A program made the position numbers and the translations under genes. A stretch of DNA of 64,000 nt from a virus (lineage: Duplodnaviria; Heunggongvirae; Uroviricota; Caudoviricetes; Crassvirales): the IMG/VR virus record IMGVR_UViG_2974729448_000001, positions 3,318 through 67,317 of that record; one strand, written 5' to 3'. Numbering within the stretch: the first letter of the stretch is position 1; every line of letters begins with the position of its first letter. Shown here piece after piece: positions 55,174-64,000 of the stretch. Under the pieces are notes generated by a model that was given only the letters and a program-made list of their open reading frames with translations, made no database searches and had not been told where the DNA came from.

Positions 55174-55654
55174 AGTTAGGTATGAAGGGAAAAGTGGTGA
55201 CTATTTTACTAAAGGAGAAGAGTATACTATAAGTGATATAAAGGACTATGAGATTATTTTAGAGGATAATGGCACTAAAAACCCTATTCATAGTTGGAGT
55301 TATCCAGTGTTTTTTGACAATTTCTGTTTATTAAATTCTCTTGAAGAAGAGCAGGTAAAAGAGAACTCAAGTACTATACCTGCTAAAAGGTTTAAGAGAA
55401 TTACTGGAGAAATGCTTAGGACTTTCATCAAAAAGAATCAGGACTATGGTGACTCCTTCTTCATATCATGTAATGAAGAAGGATTGGCTGCATCAAGGAT
55501 TAGAATTGGTGATAAGTGGCTAAGATTCAAGAAACTATCCAAAGGAGGTGAAGCTATGGTTAAAGATGAGTCTATCAGAGACACACTCTTAGATATGGCT
55601 AATTATGCCATTATGACAGTAATGTGGATGGATAATCAAAAGAAGGGAGTATGA
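55148..55654 (+). CDS. hypothetical protein
   Basis: 168-aa ORF. Confidence 0.4.
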   Translation: MTMLKVGSKVRYEGKSGDYFTKGEEYTISDIKDYEIILEDNGTKNPIHSWSYPVFFDNFCLLNSLEEEQVKENSSTIPAKRFKRITGEMLRTFIKKNQDYGDSFFISCNEEGLAASRIRIGDKWLRFKKLSKGGEAMVKDESIRDTLLDMANYAIMTVMWMDNQKKGV

Positions 55655-56058
55655 TTATAGCAGTGGATTTTGATGGAACTTGTGTTACACATGAGTTTCC
55701 ATATGTAGGAAAAGAAATAGGAGCAGCAGAAGTCTTAAAAGAGTTAACTGATAAAGGTCATAAGATTATACTGTTTACTATGAGGAGCCATCCTGAGGAG
55801 ATAAATCAAAAAGGTATTGCCTATTCTGATGCTCTACAGGATGCAATAGACTGGTTTAAGAAATATGATATCCCTTTATTTGGTGTAAATGAAAATCCAA
55901 CTCAAAAAGGCTGGACTTCATCACCTAAACCTTATGCCCATATCTATATTGATGATGCAGCTTTAGGAGTTCCCTTGAAGAAGGATTCTCTTTCTGAGAG
56001 ACCTTATGTTGATTGGGGTATAGTTAAATATTATCTTCATGTAAAGAATATATTATGA
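55651..56058 (+). CDS. HAD-superfamily phosphatase-like protein (possible nucleotidase)
   Basis: 135-aa ORF beginning MIIAVDFDGTCV (HAD motif I DxDGT). Confidence 0.4.
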   Translation: MIIAVDFDGTCVTHEFPYVGKEIGAAEVLKELTDKGHKIILFTMRSHPEEINQKGIAYSDALQDAIDWFKKYDIPLFGVNENPTQKGWTSSPKPYAHIYIDDAALGVPLKKDSLSERPYVDWGIVKYYLHVKNIL

Positions 56059-56330
56059 CAGAAAAACAAAGAAGATGGCAGGAAAGGAATAAAATACTCT
56101 GGAGATTGAAGGGTATGTATATTGTTACAGCAAGCTCTAATAATATATTAACTGCTACTGAAACAGAAAAGATTTCACAGGCTATGACTTTAATTAGAGA
56201 TGTAGTAGATAATTCAACTCAGTCCAGTAGAGAATTAGGCTTTAATGCTGTAGAGAGATGTAGAATTTGTGGTAAGCCTGTTTATAAGAATGGCTTATGC
56301 AAGAAATGTAATGAATCAATGGGTTATTAA
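56055..56330 (+). CDS. small protein with C-terminal zinc ribbon
   Basis: 91-aa ORF ending CRICGKPVYKNGLCKKCN. Confidence 0.35.
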   Translation: MTEKQRRWQERNKILWRLKGMYIVTASSNNILTATETEKISQAMTLIRDVVDNSTQSSRELGFNAVERCRICGKPVYKNGLCKKCNESMGY

Positions 56331-56643
56331 TATGGCAGTACAACAAGGAATTTATTGTGCCCCAGACAGTGTAGTCCCTAATAGAGATAGGGCAGATGTA
56401 GGGTGTGCTCCTAATGGAGTTATGAAACTTTGGGTTGTTGAATTTAATCTATATGGTATGCTTGATAAAGGTTGTGCAGTAATTAAAGCTGCCAATCCAA
56501 AAGCTGCTATTGATATATTAAAATCTTCAGGCATGTATAATGGAAGTCCAGAGAAATATTTGGTTACCAGAGTGGAAGAAATTATTGTACCACCTTGTTC
56601 TGGTTTAATGGCTGAACAGATTGTATCATTTGATGAAAAGTAA
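56269..56643 (+). CDS. hypothetical protein
   Basis: 124-aa ORF. Confidence 0.35.
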   Translation: MVSLFIRMAYARNVMNQWVINMAVQQGIYCAPDSVVPNRDRADVGCAPNGVMKLWVVEFNLYGMLDKGCAVIKAANPKAAIDILKSSGMYNGSPEKYLVTRVEEIIVPPCSGLMAEQIVSFDEK

Positions 56644-57187
56644 AATGAATAAGAAACTTAGGTTATTAGTAACAACTAAATGTCCTAATAAATGTCCCAT
56701 GTGTTGCAATAACTCATGGGATTTTTCATCTTTACCAGTAGTGGATAGATGGGACTATGAAGAGATAATGATAACTGGAGGAGAGCCTTTAATTCATACT
56801 AATAAAGTAACTGAATTAATAAGGTCTATTCGAGTTATCAGTGAAGTTTATACAGATATTCCAAAGGTATATGTGTACACTTCAATAGCTGCTTGGGATA
56901 GAGTAAGAACTATATTAGCTTATGCAGATGGTATAGTTTTGACTCCACATAGTCAGAATGATATTGATAGGTTTGTGGAACTGAACAATATGATGCAAGA
57001 GCTTAAAGGAACTAAACTTGATTTTGCTAAAGGTAAATCACTTAGACTTAATCTCTTTGCTGATATGAAACTTCTCCTTCCTGAGCACATTGATTTGTCA
57101 CTATGGAATATCAAAGAAATGGAGTGGGTAAAAGATTGTCCAGTACCACAGGGTGAAGATTTCAGAAGGATTAAGGAACTTTGGTAA
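56621..57187 (+). CDS. radical SAM protein (small, QueE/NrdG-like size)
   Basis: 188-aa ORF. LLVTTKCPNKCPMCCNN = CxxxCxxC cluster motif. IMITGGEPL glycine-rich SAM motif. Confidence 0.55.
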   Translation: MYHLMKSKMNKKLRLLVTTKCPNKCPMCCNNSWDFSSLPVVDRWDYEEIMITGGEPLIHTNKVTELIRSIRVISEVYTDIPKVYVYTSIAAWDRVRTILAYADGIVLTPHSQNDIDRFVELNNMMQELKGTKLDFAKGKSLRLNLFADMKLLLPEHIDLSLWNIKEMEWVKDCPVPQGEDFRRIKELW

Positions 57188-57629
57188 CATGAGGCAATTT
57201 ACACACAAGGAATTTGTTAAGATAGTTATAGCTAATGGTTTCTGTTATGACAGACATAATGGAGACCATGCTATCTATCTTAATAATAAAGGAAGGCATA
57301 TCAGTATTCCAGATAAACTTGCATGTGTTATTGCAGCTCGGCTAATAAAGGAAAATAATTTAGAGACAAATATTAAAAAACTTAAAAAAGAAAAGAGAAT
57401 GAGTAATTTACCAGCAGGAGCAAAGTATGATAGTAGAGCTCCTTTCAATGAACCTCTTAATGTAGAGTATAAAAGATTTGTCAGTGCAAGTATCTCATAC
57501 TATGATACAGTGGAATTGCCTACTGGAGCCAATGAAGAGCAGATTAATGAAGCCTTTAAAGAGAAAGTAAGTAATGGGCAGTTTCCCAAGGAATTTGATA
57601 TTGATGAAGTAATAATATTGGAGGAATAA
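57153..57629 (+). CDS. hypothetical protein
   Basis: 158-aa ORF. Confidence 0.35.
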   Translation: MKISEGLRNFGNMRQFTHKEFVKIVIANGFCYDRHNGDHAIYLNNKGRHISIPDKLACVIAARLIKENNLETNIKKLKKEKRMSNLPAGAKYDSRAPFNEPLNVEYKRFVSASISYYDTVELPTGANEEQINEAFKEKVSNGQFPKEFDIDEVIILEE

Positions 57630-57630
57630 T

Positions 57631-57936
57631 ATGAAAGTAATAGGGACTAATTCCAAAGATGAGACTTGTTTAGTAAAAGTTGGCATGAGAGAACTTGCAA
57701 ATATAATGGGTTTTTATAGTGAGCATGATGCTGAATTTAAGAAACAATTAAATTCTGCATTGTTGGGAAACTCTATAAATGTATCAAAAGTTTATGCTAA
57801 CTATTATAGGGTTAAGAATATAATTGAAGGCACTCCTTACTGTACAGCCTTAGTTAAGTTGAATGAAATGATAAATGCTATAAAACCTATTAATGATTTA
57901 ATTAAAGAAGTAAAAGATACATATGAAGCTGATTAA
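57631..57936 (+). CDS. hypothetical protein
   Basis: 101-aa ORF. Confidence 0.35.
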   Translation: MKVIGTNSKDETCLVKVGMRELANIMGFYSEHDAEFKKQLNSALLGNSINVSKVYANYYRVKNIIEGTPYCTALVKLNEMINAIKPINDLIKEVKDTYEAD

Positions 57937-58825
57937 ACCATCATTTGAAATTTGGGAACAGGGAGCTGGTCCTGAAGGTATATATAAACAGATAGAGAGA
58001 GCAGGTAGAGTATGTTATAAATCAGAAGATAAGATAACAGAGACTTCTGCTAAGGAGTTTGTGGAGAGAATGATAAAATCTGGTCATGGTGCTATGTTAG
58101 AACATGGCACTGTATATTTGTTTTGTGATAGAGGAATCCTTGAGGTAGGGGATACAGGCAGATGTAGAAGCATAACAGAATTAAGCCATAATAAGTACTC
58201 TAAGTCTAAATGGTTAGAAGATGGACTGTATATTACAACTAATTATAGGGTTTTAGTAGAAAATGATTGGCTTGACACCTTAAAATACATCTGTGAACCA
58301 ACAAACTATCATGCTAAGAGATATACTGTTAAGTTCACCTGTGATAGAGGTATAAGTCATGAGTTTGTAAGGCATAGAGTGATGTCCTTTGCTCAGGAAA
58401 GTACAAGGTATTGTAACTATAGTAAAGATAAGTTTGGTAATGAAATTACTTTTATCTATCCTAATTGGTTCAGTAAGTATTTTGATGATGATTATTCAAG
58501 TTTTAATACTGTGGATTGGCAGATTGGGTTAGATATAGCTTGTGCAGAAACTAATTGGTTATATGCTATGTTATATGCTGAAAAAGCATATTTTAGTAGC
58601 CTTGATAATGGAATGAAACCTCAAGAAGCCAGAGCTGTATTACCTAATAGTCTCAAGACTGAACTGGTAGTAACTGGTTTTGTAAATGATTGGAAACATT
58701 TCTTTGAGTTAAGGGATGCTGGTAGTGCACATCCTCAAGCAAGAGAACTGGCACACCCATTACACATGGAATTTTTTAGAAGAAAGTATTTGGTGAATCT
58801 TTATGATGAAGCTAATCCTGATTAA
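57923..58825 (+). CDS. thyX: flavin-dependent thymidylate synthase ThyX
   Basis: 300-aa ORF with the ThyX signature RHRVMSFAQES (RHR-x7-S). Confidence 0.85.
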   Translation: MKLIKPSFEIWEQGAGPEGIYKQIERAGRVCYKSEDKITETSAKEFVERMIKSGHGAMLEHGTVYLFCDRGILEVGDTGRCRSITELSHNKYSKSKWLEDGLYITTNYRVLVENDWLDTLKYICEPTNYHAKRYTVKFTCDRGISHEFVRHRVMSFAQESTRYCNYSKDKFGNEITFIYPNWFSKYFDDDYSSFNTVDWQIGLDIACAETNWLYAMLYAEKAYFSSLDNGMKPQEARAVLPNSLKTELVVTGFVNDWKHFFELRDAGSAHPQARELAHPLHMEFFRRKYLVNLYDEANPD

Positions 58826-58841
58826 TAATTAAAAAAAAAAC

Positions 58842-60248
58842 ATGAGAACAAACTTAATTAAAGTAAAAGAGCTACCTAAAGTAGCAGAGAGTTCTGCTAC
58901 TGATGGTATGCTTGACATGGTTATTGCATTTGATACAACTGGCTCTATGTCAGCTTATATCAATGCAGTTAAGAACCATGTAAAAGAGTTAGTGCCAAAG
59001 TTATTCAGTTCCAATCCTGATTTAAGGATTAGCATTGTAGCTTTTGGTGACTATTGTGATATGAAGAGTAAGGATGATTTTGGTAGGGCTTACCAAGTAT
59101 TAGACTTAACTGATGATGAAAACAAAGTTATTGATTTTGTCAAGAAGGCTGAGAATACATATGGAGGTGATGGTGATGAGTTCTATGAATTGGTCATTAA
59201 GAAAATCACTGAGGAAACTTCATGGAGAGAAGGTTCAACTAAAGCTGTACTACTTATTGCTGATGCACAACCTCACAGGGTGGGTTACAGTTACAAGGAT
59301 ATTGTAAGTAAAGCTCAGATTGATTGGAAGAAAGAGGCTAAGAAGGCTGCTGAGAAAGGTATTAAATTTGATACTATGACCATTGAACCTATGTATGTTA
59401 AATGGTATCAGGAACTTTCTGCTATTACTAATGGCATCAGTGTTCCTTTCAAGAATAGTAGTAAAACTTCTCAGGTAGTTGAAGCTGCTGCATTGAGTAG
59501 GGGTGGAGAAAGAACAAGAGGCTTATATAAAGCTACTATGGATTCCTTTAAAGGGGATGCAGAAATGACAGCAGTATATAATGCTTATTCAAAAGAAGTA
59601 ACAGATCAAAAATCAAGAACAATGAAAATCAATATTAAAGAGATAGCAGTAGGTGATGTATTCTCAGAAGAATCACATTACATTGTTGAAGAGATTGGTA
59701 AAGATACAATCAAATTCAAACATACAGAGAGTGGAAAATCAGTTACATTAGGTTATGGTTATGTTCAAGACCTGCTTAATACTTCTGACCAGTATGACAA
59801 AGAAGTAAAAGTGACTAAGGAAGATAAGAAAGATGGTACTCCGGGTATAAGGACAATCTTTGAGGGTATCAAATCTTCTGAGGTATTCACTGTTGTGTTC
59901 CAAAAGCAGGATAAGAATAAGACCAAGAAGCAGTATGAAGCTAAAAGGGAAGCCCAAAGAGAAGAAGCTGTAGCTATTATTGACAAGGCTAAGAAGCAGA
60001 AGAAGTCAATGGCTGAGGCTTATAAACTTGCATTGGAACATATTCAGAATAATCCTATTAAGGACTTCATTGAAGGAGAAGATAGGGTACTGAGAGGCTA
60101 CAAGATGCAGTTTGTTTCCAGAGATGGTAAATACAAATGTATGGATATGGATGTTGAAAGAGGTCCAAAAGAAACTGGTGAAAGACTGGTTAATATCAAT
60201 ACAATTAAGCAACTTATCTTCAATGGAGTTAAGTATGTAGTTGAATAG
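58842..60248 (+). CDS. von Willebrand factor A (vWA) domain protein
   Basis: 468-aa ORF. N-terminal MIDAS VIAFDTTGSMS (DxSxS). Lys/Glu-rich C-terminal half. Confidence 0.55.
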   Translation: MRTNLIKVKELPKVAESSATDGMLDMVIAFDTTGSMSAYINAVKNHVKELVPKLFSSNPDLRISIVAFGDYCDMKSKDDFGRAYQVLDLTDDENKVIDFVKKAENTYGGDGDEFYELVIKKITEETSWREGSTKAVLLIADAQPHRVGYSYKDIVSKAQIDWKKEAKKAAEKGIKFDTMTIEPMYVKWYQELSAITNGISVPFKNSSKTSQVVEAAALSRGGERTRGLYKATMDSFKGDAEMTAVYNAYSKEVTDQKSRTMKINIKEIAVGDVFSEESHYIVEEIGKDTIKFKHTESGKSVTLGYGYVQDLLNTSDQYDKEVKVTKEDKKDGTPGIRTIFEGIKSSEVFTVVFQKQDKNKTKKQYEAKREAQREEAVAIIDKAKKQKKSMAEAYKLALEHIQNNPIKDFIEGEDRVLRGYKMQFVSRDGKYKCMDMDVERGPKETGERLVNINTIKQLIFNGVKYVVE

Positions 60249-60254
60249 TAAAAC

Positions 60255-60290
60255 AGGGGAGCTTTGACTCCCCTATTCTCTTCTTTCAGG
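60255..60290 (+). terminator. intrinsic terminator
   Basis: Hairpin GGGGAG-CTTTGA-CTCCCC followed by T-rich TATTCTCTTCTTTC. Confidence 0.45.
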
Positions 60291-60397
60291 TTCATAAATA
60301 ATATGCTATATCCCTGAAACTATTATGCTTATCTTATTGCCAGTTTAAAAAATATATTCTACTTTTGCAAAGTAAATAACTAATTAATAAAATATTT

Positions 60398-63300
60398 ATG
60401 AGTAAAATTTGTTATACTCCAGTCAAAGGATTGGATGATGTAATAGCCAATGAAGTGACAGGATGGAATAAATATTTGGTTGCTAATCTTAGAGGTCTTT
60501 ATCAGGAAAGAAATCCTAATGCTGAGACTCCTTCTGCTCAGACACTTGTTGAGTTTAGAAGAGGTCTTAATAAAGAAGATGCTAAGAGAATTCTTGATGC
60601 TATAAATAATCCTGCTGTGTCCTATGCACAGTTGAGAGATGATTTTAGTGCAGAAGAAAGATTCAATAGAATCAGTATGATTTCCACTATGTTCTCTGAT
60701 ATAGTAGATGCTACTCAGGAAGAGTATCCAGATAAAAGTAGAGCTGAGATATGTAATGGTTTCAACCTTGAAGGAAGAAAGGTAGGAGGAGCATCTGGAA
60801 TCTTTAATGAAATATATGACACTTTACAAGAAAGATATAGTGAATATGTTGCTGAAGGTGACTCAGAAATGGCTAATAAATATCAAAAGATATTTGATAA
60901 TTGGGGTGCTTTATTATCCTTTGCAAAGATTAGAATTAGAGAAGCAGAAGACCTTAAATTAGGTCAGAGTATCAACTTTGCTGATAGTGCTAATCCTAAT
61001 AACTTCAATGATAATGACATGACAGAGAAATTTGTTATGGAAGAATCAAAGAAAGAAGGTTGGATGGAACAATCCGACTTTGAATCATCATTTGGTTCTA
61101 TAGGAAAGCAGGTCAGGAAGGTAATTGGTAGGACTCCTAAGTATAAAAACTCTGAACCAGTTCTTGATGACTTGGGATTCCCTGTTATGCAAGACCCTGT
61201 AAGAGTGCATCAGGAACTGTTAGATGCTTTAAGAGGAATAAGCAGTGAAACAGAGATGATGAATGCCCTAAGAGAGTATAGTTCTGTAGCCAATTGGGTA
61301 GGACCATTTATGGAAGAATTAGAGGACCCTCAGGTGAGAACTCAGTTTTATACTGACTTCAAGAAGAATTTTCAACCTTATGCAATGCAGACAGAGAAGG
61401 CAGAAGGTGGACTTAGAAAGTACAAGACTGTATTACTTAATAGAGTAAAAGGTGATAAACTCTATAGTTCATTCCTGACTTCTGTGAAGCTTGGTAAAGT
61501 TGTAAATCCAAAAAATAGTATATTTGAGAAATCTGACCTTTCTACAAGAGTTATGCCTATTAGAGTTGAAAGAATCAAGAGTAAAATCATTGATACTTTA
61601 GCAGAGAATCCTAATAACATTACTGAGAAATCTAAGTTCTGGAGAATGTCTAAAGTTGAGAGAAAACAATTTCTTATTGATGCAACTGAATCTCTTGGTA
61701 TAGATATAGATGGAGATACTCTTGATAGAATAATGAGTAGAAACTCAGACCTTAAAGAGCTACTTAAGAATCTTAAAAGTACCGCAGAGTTTGGACTTAA
61801 TCTTACAAAAGAAGAACAGGAAGGCAAAAAGCAAGTAAGTTATGAGGAACTTGTTAAAAGAGCCTCAAGTACTGAAAAGAAGGGAGTTCTTAGAGAGAAA
61901 ATCACCAAAATGCTTGCTATTGTAGCTAAAAATAGAGAAGGTCTTAAATTAGAGAGTAGGGTCAGATATGGTGATAATACCTTTTATAGTAATGTTATTC
62001 CATCCTTTATGGGGGATAAGATGGATAAAATAACAAGCTTTGCAAAATCTGGTGATATATCAGGTCTTAGAGCTACTCTTGAATCCACTTATCTTAATTC
62101 TTCATATTTCAGATATGATGGAAAGATTCTCAATAAATGGATTGAAGAACTATATAATAGTGATTTGTCTAAGGATGATAACTTTGCATCTAACTTTACA
62201 TATAAAAGATTCCTCGGTACTGATAAGCTGAAGTTTGAAGATTTTACAAGTAAACAGCATACTATTCAACTTCTAAATGAATATTTCTCTGAGAAACAGT
62301 TAAGTTCTAAAAGCCAATATGCTTGGTATCCTGTATTTATTTTAGGTGATAGTGGAGTATCCAAGTTCATTAAAGCTAAAAGATATGGAAGTCAAGAGAT
62401 TCTTGATGGACTTTACAATGTCTATGTTCAAGAAAAAAGAAGGATGGAACTTAGTAAAGCTGCAAACAGTAAGCTTTCTGAGGAAGGATTCAAGACAATA
62501 GATAATATTAGCAGAAGTGATAATAAATTTTCTCTTCTTCCTTTCTTAAATGAACCCAAGTACTCAGAGATGATTAAGGAGGGAAATCTGGAACAATCAG
62601 TCAAAAGAGCTATTCTAACTTATATGAATGAACAGACTGAAGAGTTTAAGAATAAACTTAATAATCTTGGAGTTCTTGAACAACAGAATGGTAAATATAT
62701 ACATCTTAGTCAAGAAGTGAAGGAAGATAATGACTTGAATAAAGTACTTGCTGACTATTACTGGAATACTAAATTTGCTACTATCCAACAGTTACAGATG
62801 ATGACTATTGACCCTTCATTCTATAAAGGAACTAAAGACTTGCAGAAGAGATATAAGGAGATTCATGCTCCTGGAACTCCTCTTAGTCTTGAAGCTATTG
62901 ACCCATTTACAGGTGAGAGATATAGTAATGATGGTATTGAAAGAGCAGTCTACTTTGATGATATTAGTGTAAATGCAGAGGAGACAGACCCAGAATTTAT
63001 GAAAGCAATTGCAAATCACTTTGGTGAGAATTCTGATGTATATAAAGCCTATAAGGACAATACTCTTACAGATGGTCAAGGTTACAGAACTCTTGAAAGT
63101 TACAAGAAAGTAATGGGAATGGCAGGCAAATGGGACCCAAGAATGGAAGCTGCATATAATCAGATACAGTCTTTAAGAACTAAAATAGGTAGAGAATCAA
63201 ATCCATCTATGGAAGATATTAAAGAGTTGACTGATTTAGCTGTAACATTCCAACCCCTTAAACCTTACTTATTTAGTTTTGAGAATTATCCTGTGAATGA

Positions 63301-64000
63301 TACTGATATGCTAAAGATACCAGTCCAGCATAAGTATGCTGAAGCTGTATTAATCCCTGAGTTACTTCCATCTGGAAGTAAGCTGAGAGATATTGCATAT
63401 TGGATGGAAGACCATGTTAATCCTGAAACTGGCAAAAGTGAGCCTATAGACTTACTTGGTTCTACTAAGATGGTCAAGGTAGGTGGATTTGGTTCTACTA
63501 ATATTAGTAACACAGATTCAGGAACTATTAATGATGCACTTAACAAAGGTTATGTTCATCAGTTAAGTTATGCTGATTATAGGATTCAAACCAATGTTCC
63601 TGAGCATATTAATAGCTCACAGTTGTTTGGTACTCAGGTTAGAAAACTTATCATGGCTAAAGTATCTAAGTTTAAAGACTATAGTAACTATGTAAATGGT
63701 AAGACTATTAATTTAGGAGGTACTTATGGTAGTGTTAAGCTTAATGGAAGTAATCTTGTAAGATTCTACAATTCACTTATAACTGCTAATATCCTTGATT
63801 CTTATGATACATTTGAAGAAGCACTTTCAGATGTTAATTCAGTAAGTAAAAGGTTAATTCAGACTGCTGCAAATAATAGTAGAGAGTCCAAGGATAATAT
63901 TGCTGCCTATTCTCTAAATGAAAATGGAAAGTTTACTATGCCATTATTTGAAGGAGGTTTGGAACATGATTCATCTGCTTTGTTCTTTAGTTTATTCAAG
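60398..64000 (+). CDS. 5' part (>1200 codons) of a giant ORF running off the window; candidate virion-packaged RNA polymerase or other giant virion protein
   Basis: Continuous reading frame from ATG 60398 to the window end (frame checked at several points). Other five frames here are stop-riddled. Contains LGIDIDGDTLD (DxDGD) at ~61700. Confidence 0.55.
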   Translation, partial: MSKICYTPVKGLDDVIANEVTGWNKYLVANLRGLYQERNPNAETPSAQTLVEFRRGLNKEDAKRILDAINNPAVSYAQLRDDFSAEERFNRISMISTMFSDIVDATQEEYPDKSRAEICNGFNLEGRKVGGASGIFNEIYDTLQERYSEYVAEGDSEMANKYQKIFDNWGALLSFAKIRIREAEDLKLGQSINFADSANPNNFNDNDMTEKFVMEESKKEGWMEQSDFESSFGSIGKQVRKVIGRTPKYKNSEPVLDDLGFPVMQDPVRVHQELLDALRGISSETEMMNALREYSSVANWVGPFMEELEDPQVRTQFYTDFKKNFQPYAMQTEKAEGGLRKYKTVLLNRVKGDKLYSSFLTSVKLGKVVNPKNSIFEKSDLSTRVMPIRVERIKSKIIDTLAENPNNITEKSKFWRMSKVERKQFLIDATESLGIDIDGDTLDRIMSRNSDLKELLKNLKSTAEFGLNLTKEEQEGKKQVSYEELVKRASSTEKKGVLREKITKMLAIVAKNREGLKLESRVRYGDNTFYSNVIPSFMGDKMDKITSFAKSGDISGLRATLESTYLNSSYFRYDGKILNKWIEELYNSDLSKDDNFASNFTYKRFLGTDKLKFEDFTSKQHTIQLLNEYFSEKQLSSKSQYAWYPVFILGDSGVSKFIKAKRYGSQEILDGLYNVYVQEKRRMELSKAANSKLSEEGFKTIDNISRSDNKFSLLPFLNEPKYSEMIKEGNLEQSVKRAILTYMNEQTEEFKNKLNNLGVLEQQNGKYIHLSQEVKEDNDLNKVLADYYWNTKFATIQQLQMMTIDPSFYKGTKDLQKRYKEIHAPGTPLSLEAIDPFTGERYSNDGIERAVYFDDISVNAEETDPEFMKAIANHFGENSDVYKAYKDNTLTDGQGYRTLESYKKVMGMAGKWDPRMEAAYNQIQSLRTKIGRESNPSMEDIKELTDLAVTFQPLKPYLFSFENYPVNDTDMLKIPVQHKYAEAVLIPELLPSGSKLRDIAYWMEDHVNPETGKSEPIDLLGSTKMVKVGGFGSTNISNTDSGTINDALNKGYVHQLSYADYRIQTNVPEHINSSQLFGTQVRKLIMAKVSKFKDYSNYVNGKTINLGGTYGSVKLNGSNLVRFYNSLITANILDSYDTFEEALSDVNSVSKRLIQTAANNSRESKDNIAAYSLNENGKFTMPLFEGGLEHDSSALFFSLFK

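Noticed and set aside
27615-63546. Numerous short ORFs nested in alternative frames or antisense within larger genes (e.g. 27615..27962, 29350..29820, 31676..31861, 32129..32323, 32514..32747, 34444..34677, 38644..38893, 39707..39913, 41346..41585, 42443..42922, 43096..43363, 45969..46238, 46393..46599, 48094..48276, 49501..50635, 51594..51965, 52852..53049, 53770..54057, 56352..56534, 57495..57686, 59113..60295, 61462..61827, 62040..62231, 62816..63079, 63286..63546)
   Set aside because: Each overlaps a longer ORF that has recognisable motifs or fits the operon structure. Their translations are low-complexity. They are expected by chance in AT-rich sequence.

Overview
This window reads as part of an AT-rich (roughly one-third GC by eye) dsDNA tailed-phage genome organised as two divergent gene blocks. 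The blocks are separated by a ~470-bp hairpin-rich intergenic region (21794-22262).

Left block (minus strand, 108-21793):
- Packaging and virion genes: terminase large subunit, a candidate portal, several tail-fibre/receptor-binding-like proteins, and a 1781-aa fibre with a C-terminal peptidase-S74-type intramolecular-chaperone domain.
- A tandemly duplicated (small + large) fibre-like cassette, one copy of which is frameshifted in a C10 homopolymer.
- Small genes, then an array of ~12 tRNA genes with small CDSs between them, driven by a Bacteroidetes-type -33 TTTG / -7 TAnnTTTG promoter.

Right block (plus strand, 22.3-64 kb):
- Early small genes with a repeated GCTCATTACT upstream motif.
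- tRNA-Arg, an odd tRNA-like element, and a tmRNA.
- A Ro60/Rsr orthologue followed by a tRNA-like RNA with a ~76-nt anticodon-loop insertion, a Y-RNA candidate.
- A lysis cassette.
- A replication module: SF2 helicase, DnaB-like helicase, Toprim primase, and a family-A DNA polymerase with proofreading.
- Nucleotide metabolism: class II RNR, dUTPase, ThyX and UDG.
- A JAB-E1 ubiquitin-like-conjugation-type gene pair, a retropepsin-like protease, an orphan radical-SAM protein, and two vWA proteins.
- The first 3.6 kb of a giant ORF that runs off the window.

The gene content and promoter architecture are most consistent with a crAss-like (Crassvirales-type) phage of a Bacteroidetes host; this is inference. 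The standard genetic code appears to be used. All RNA folds and anticodons were worked out by hand and need tRNAscan-SE/ARAGORN/Infernal confirmation.
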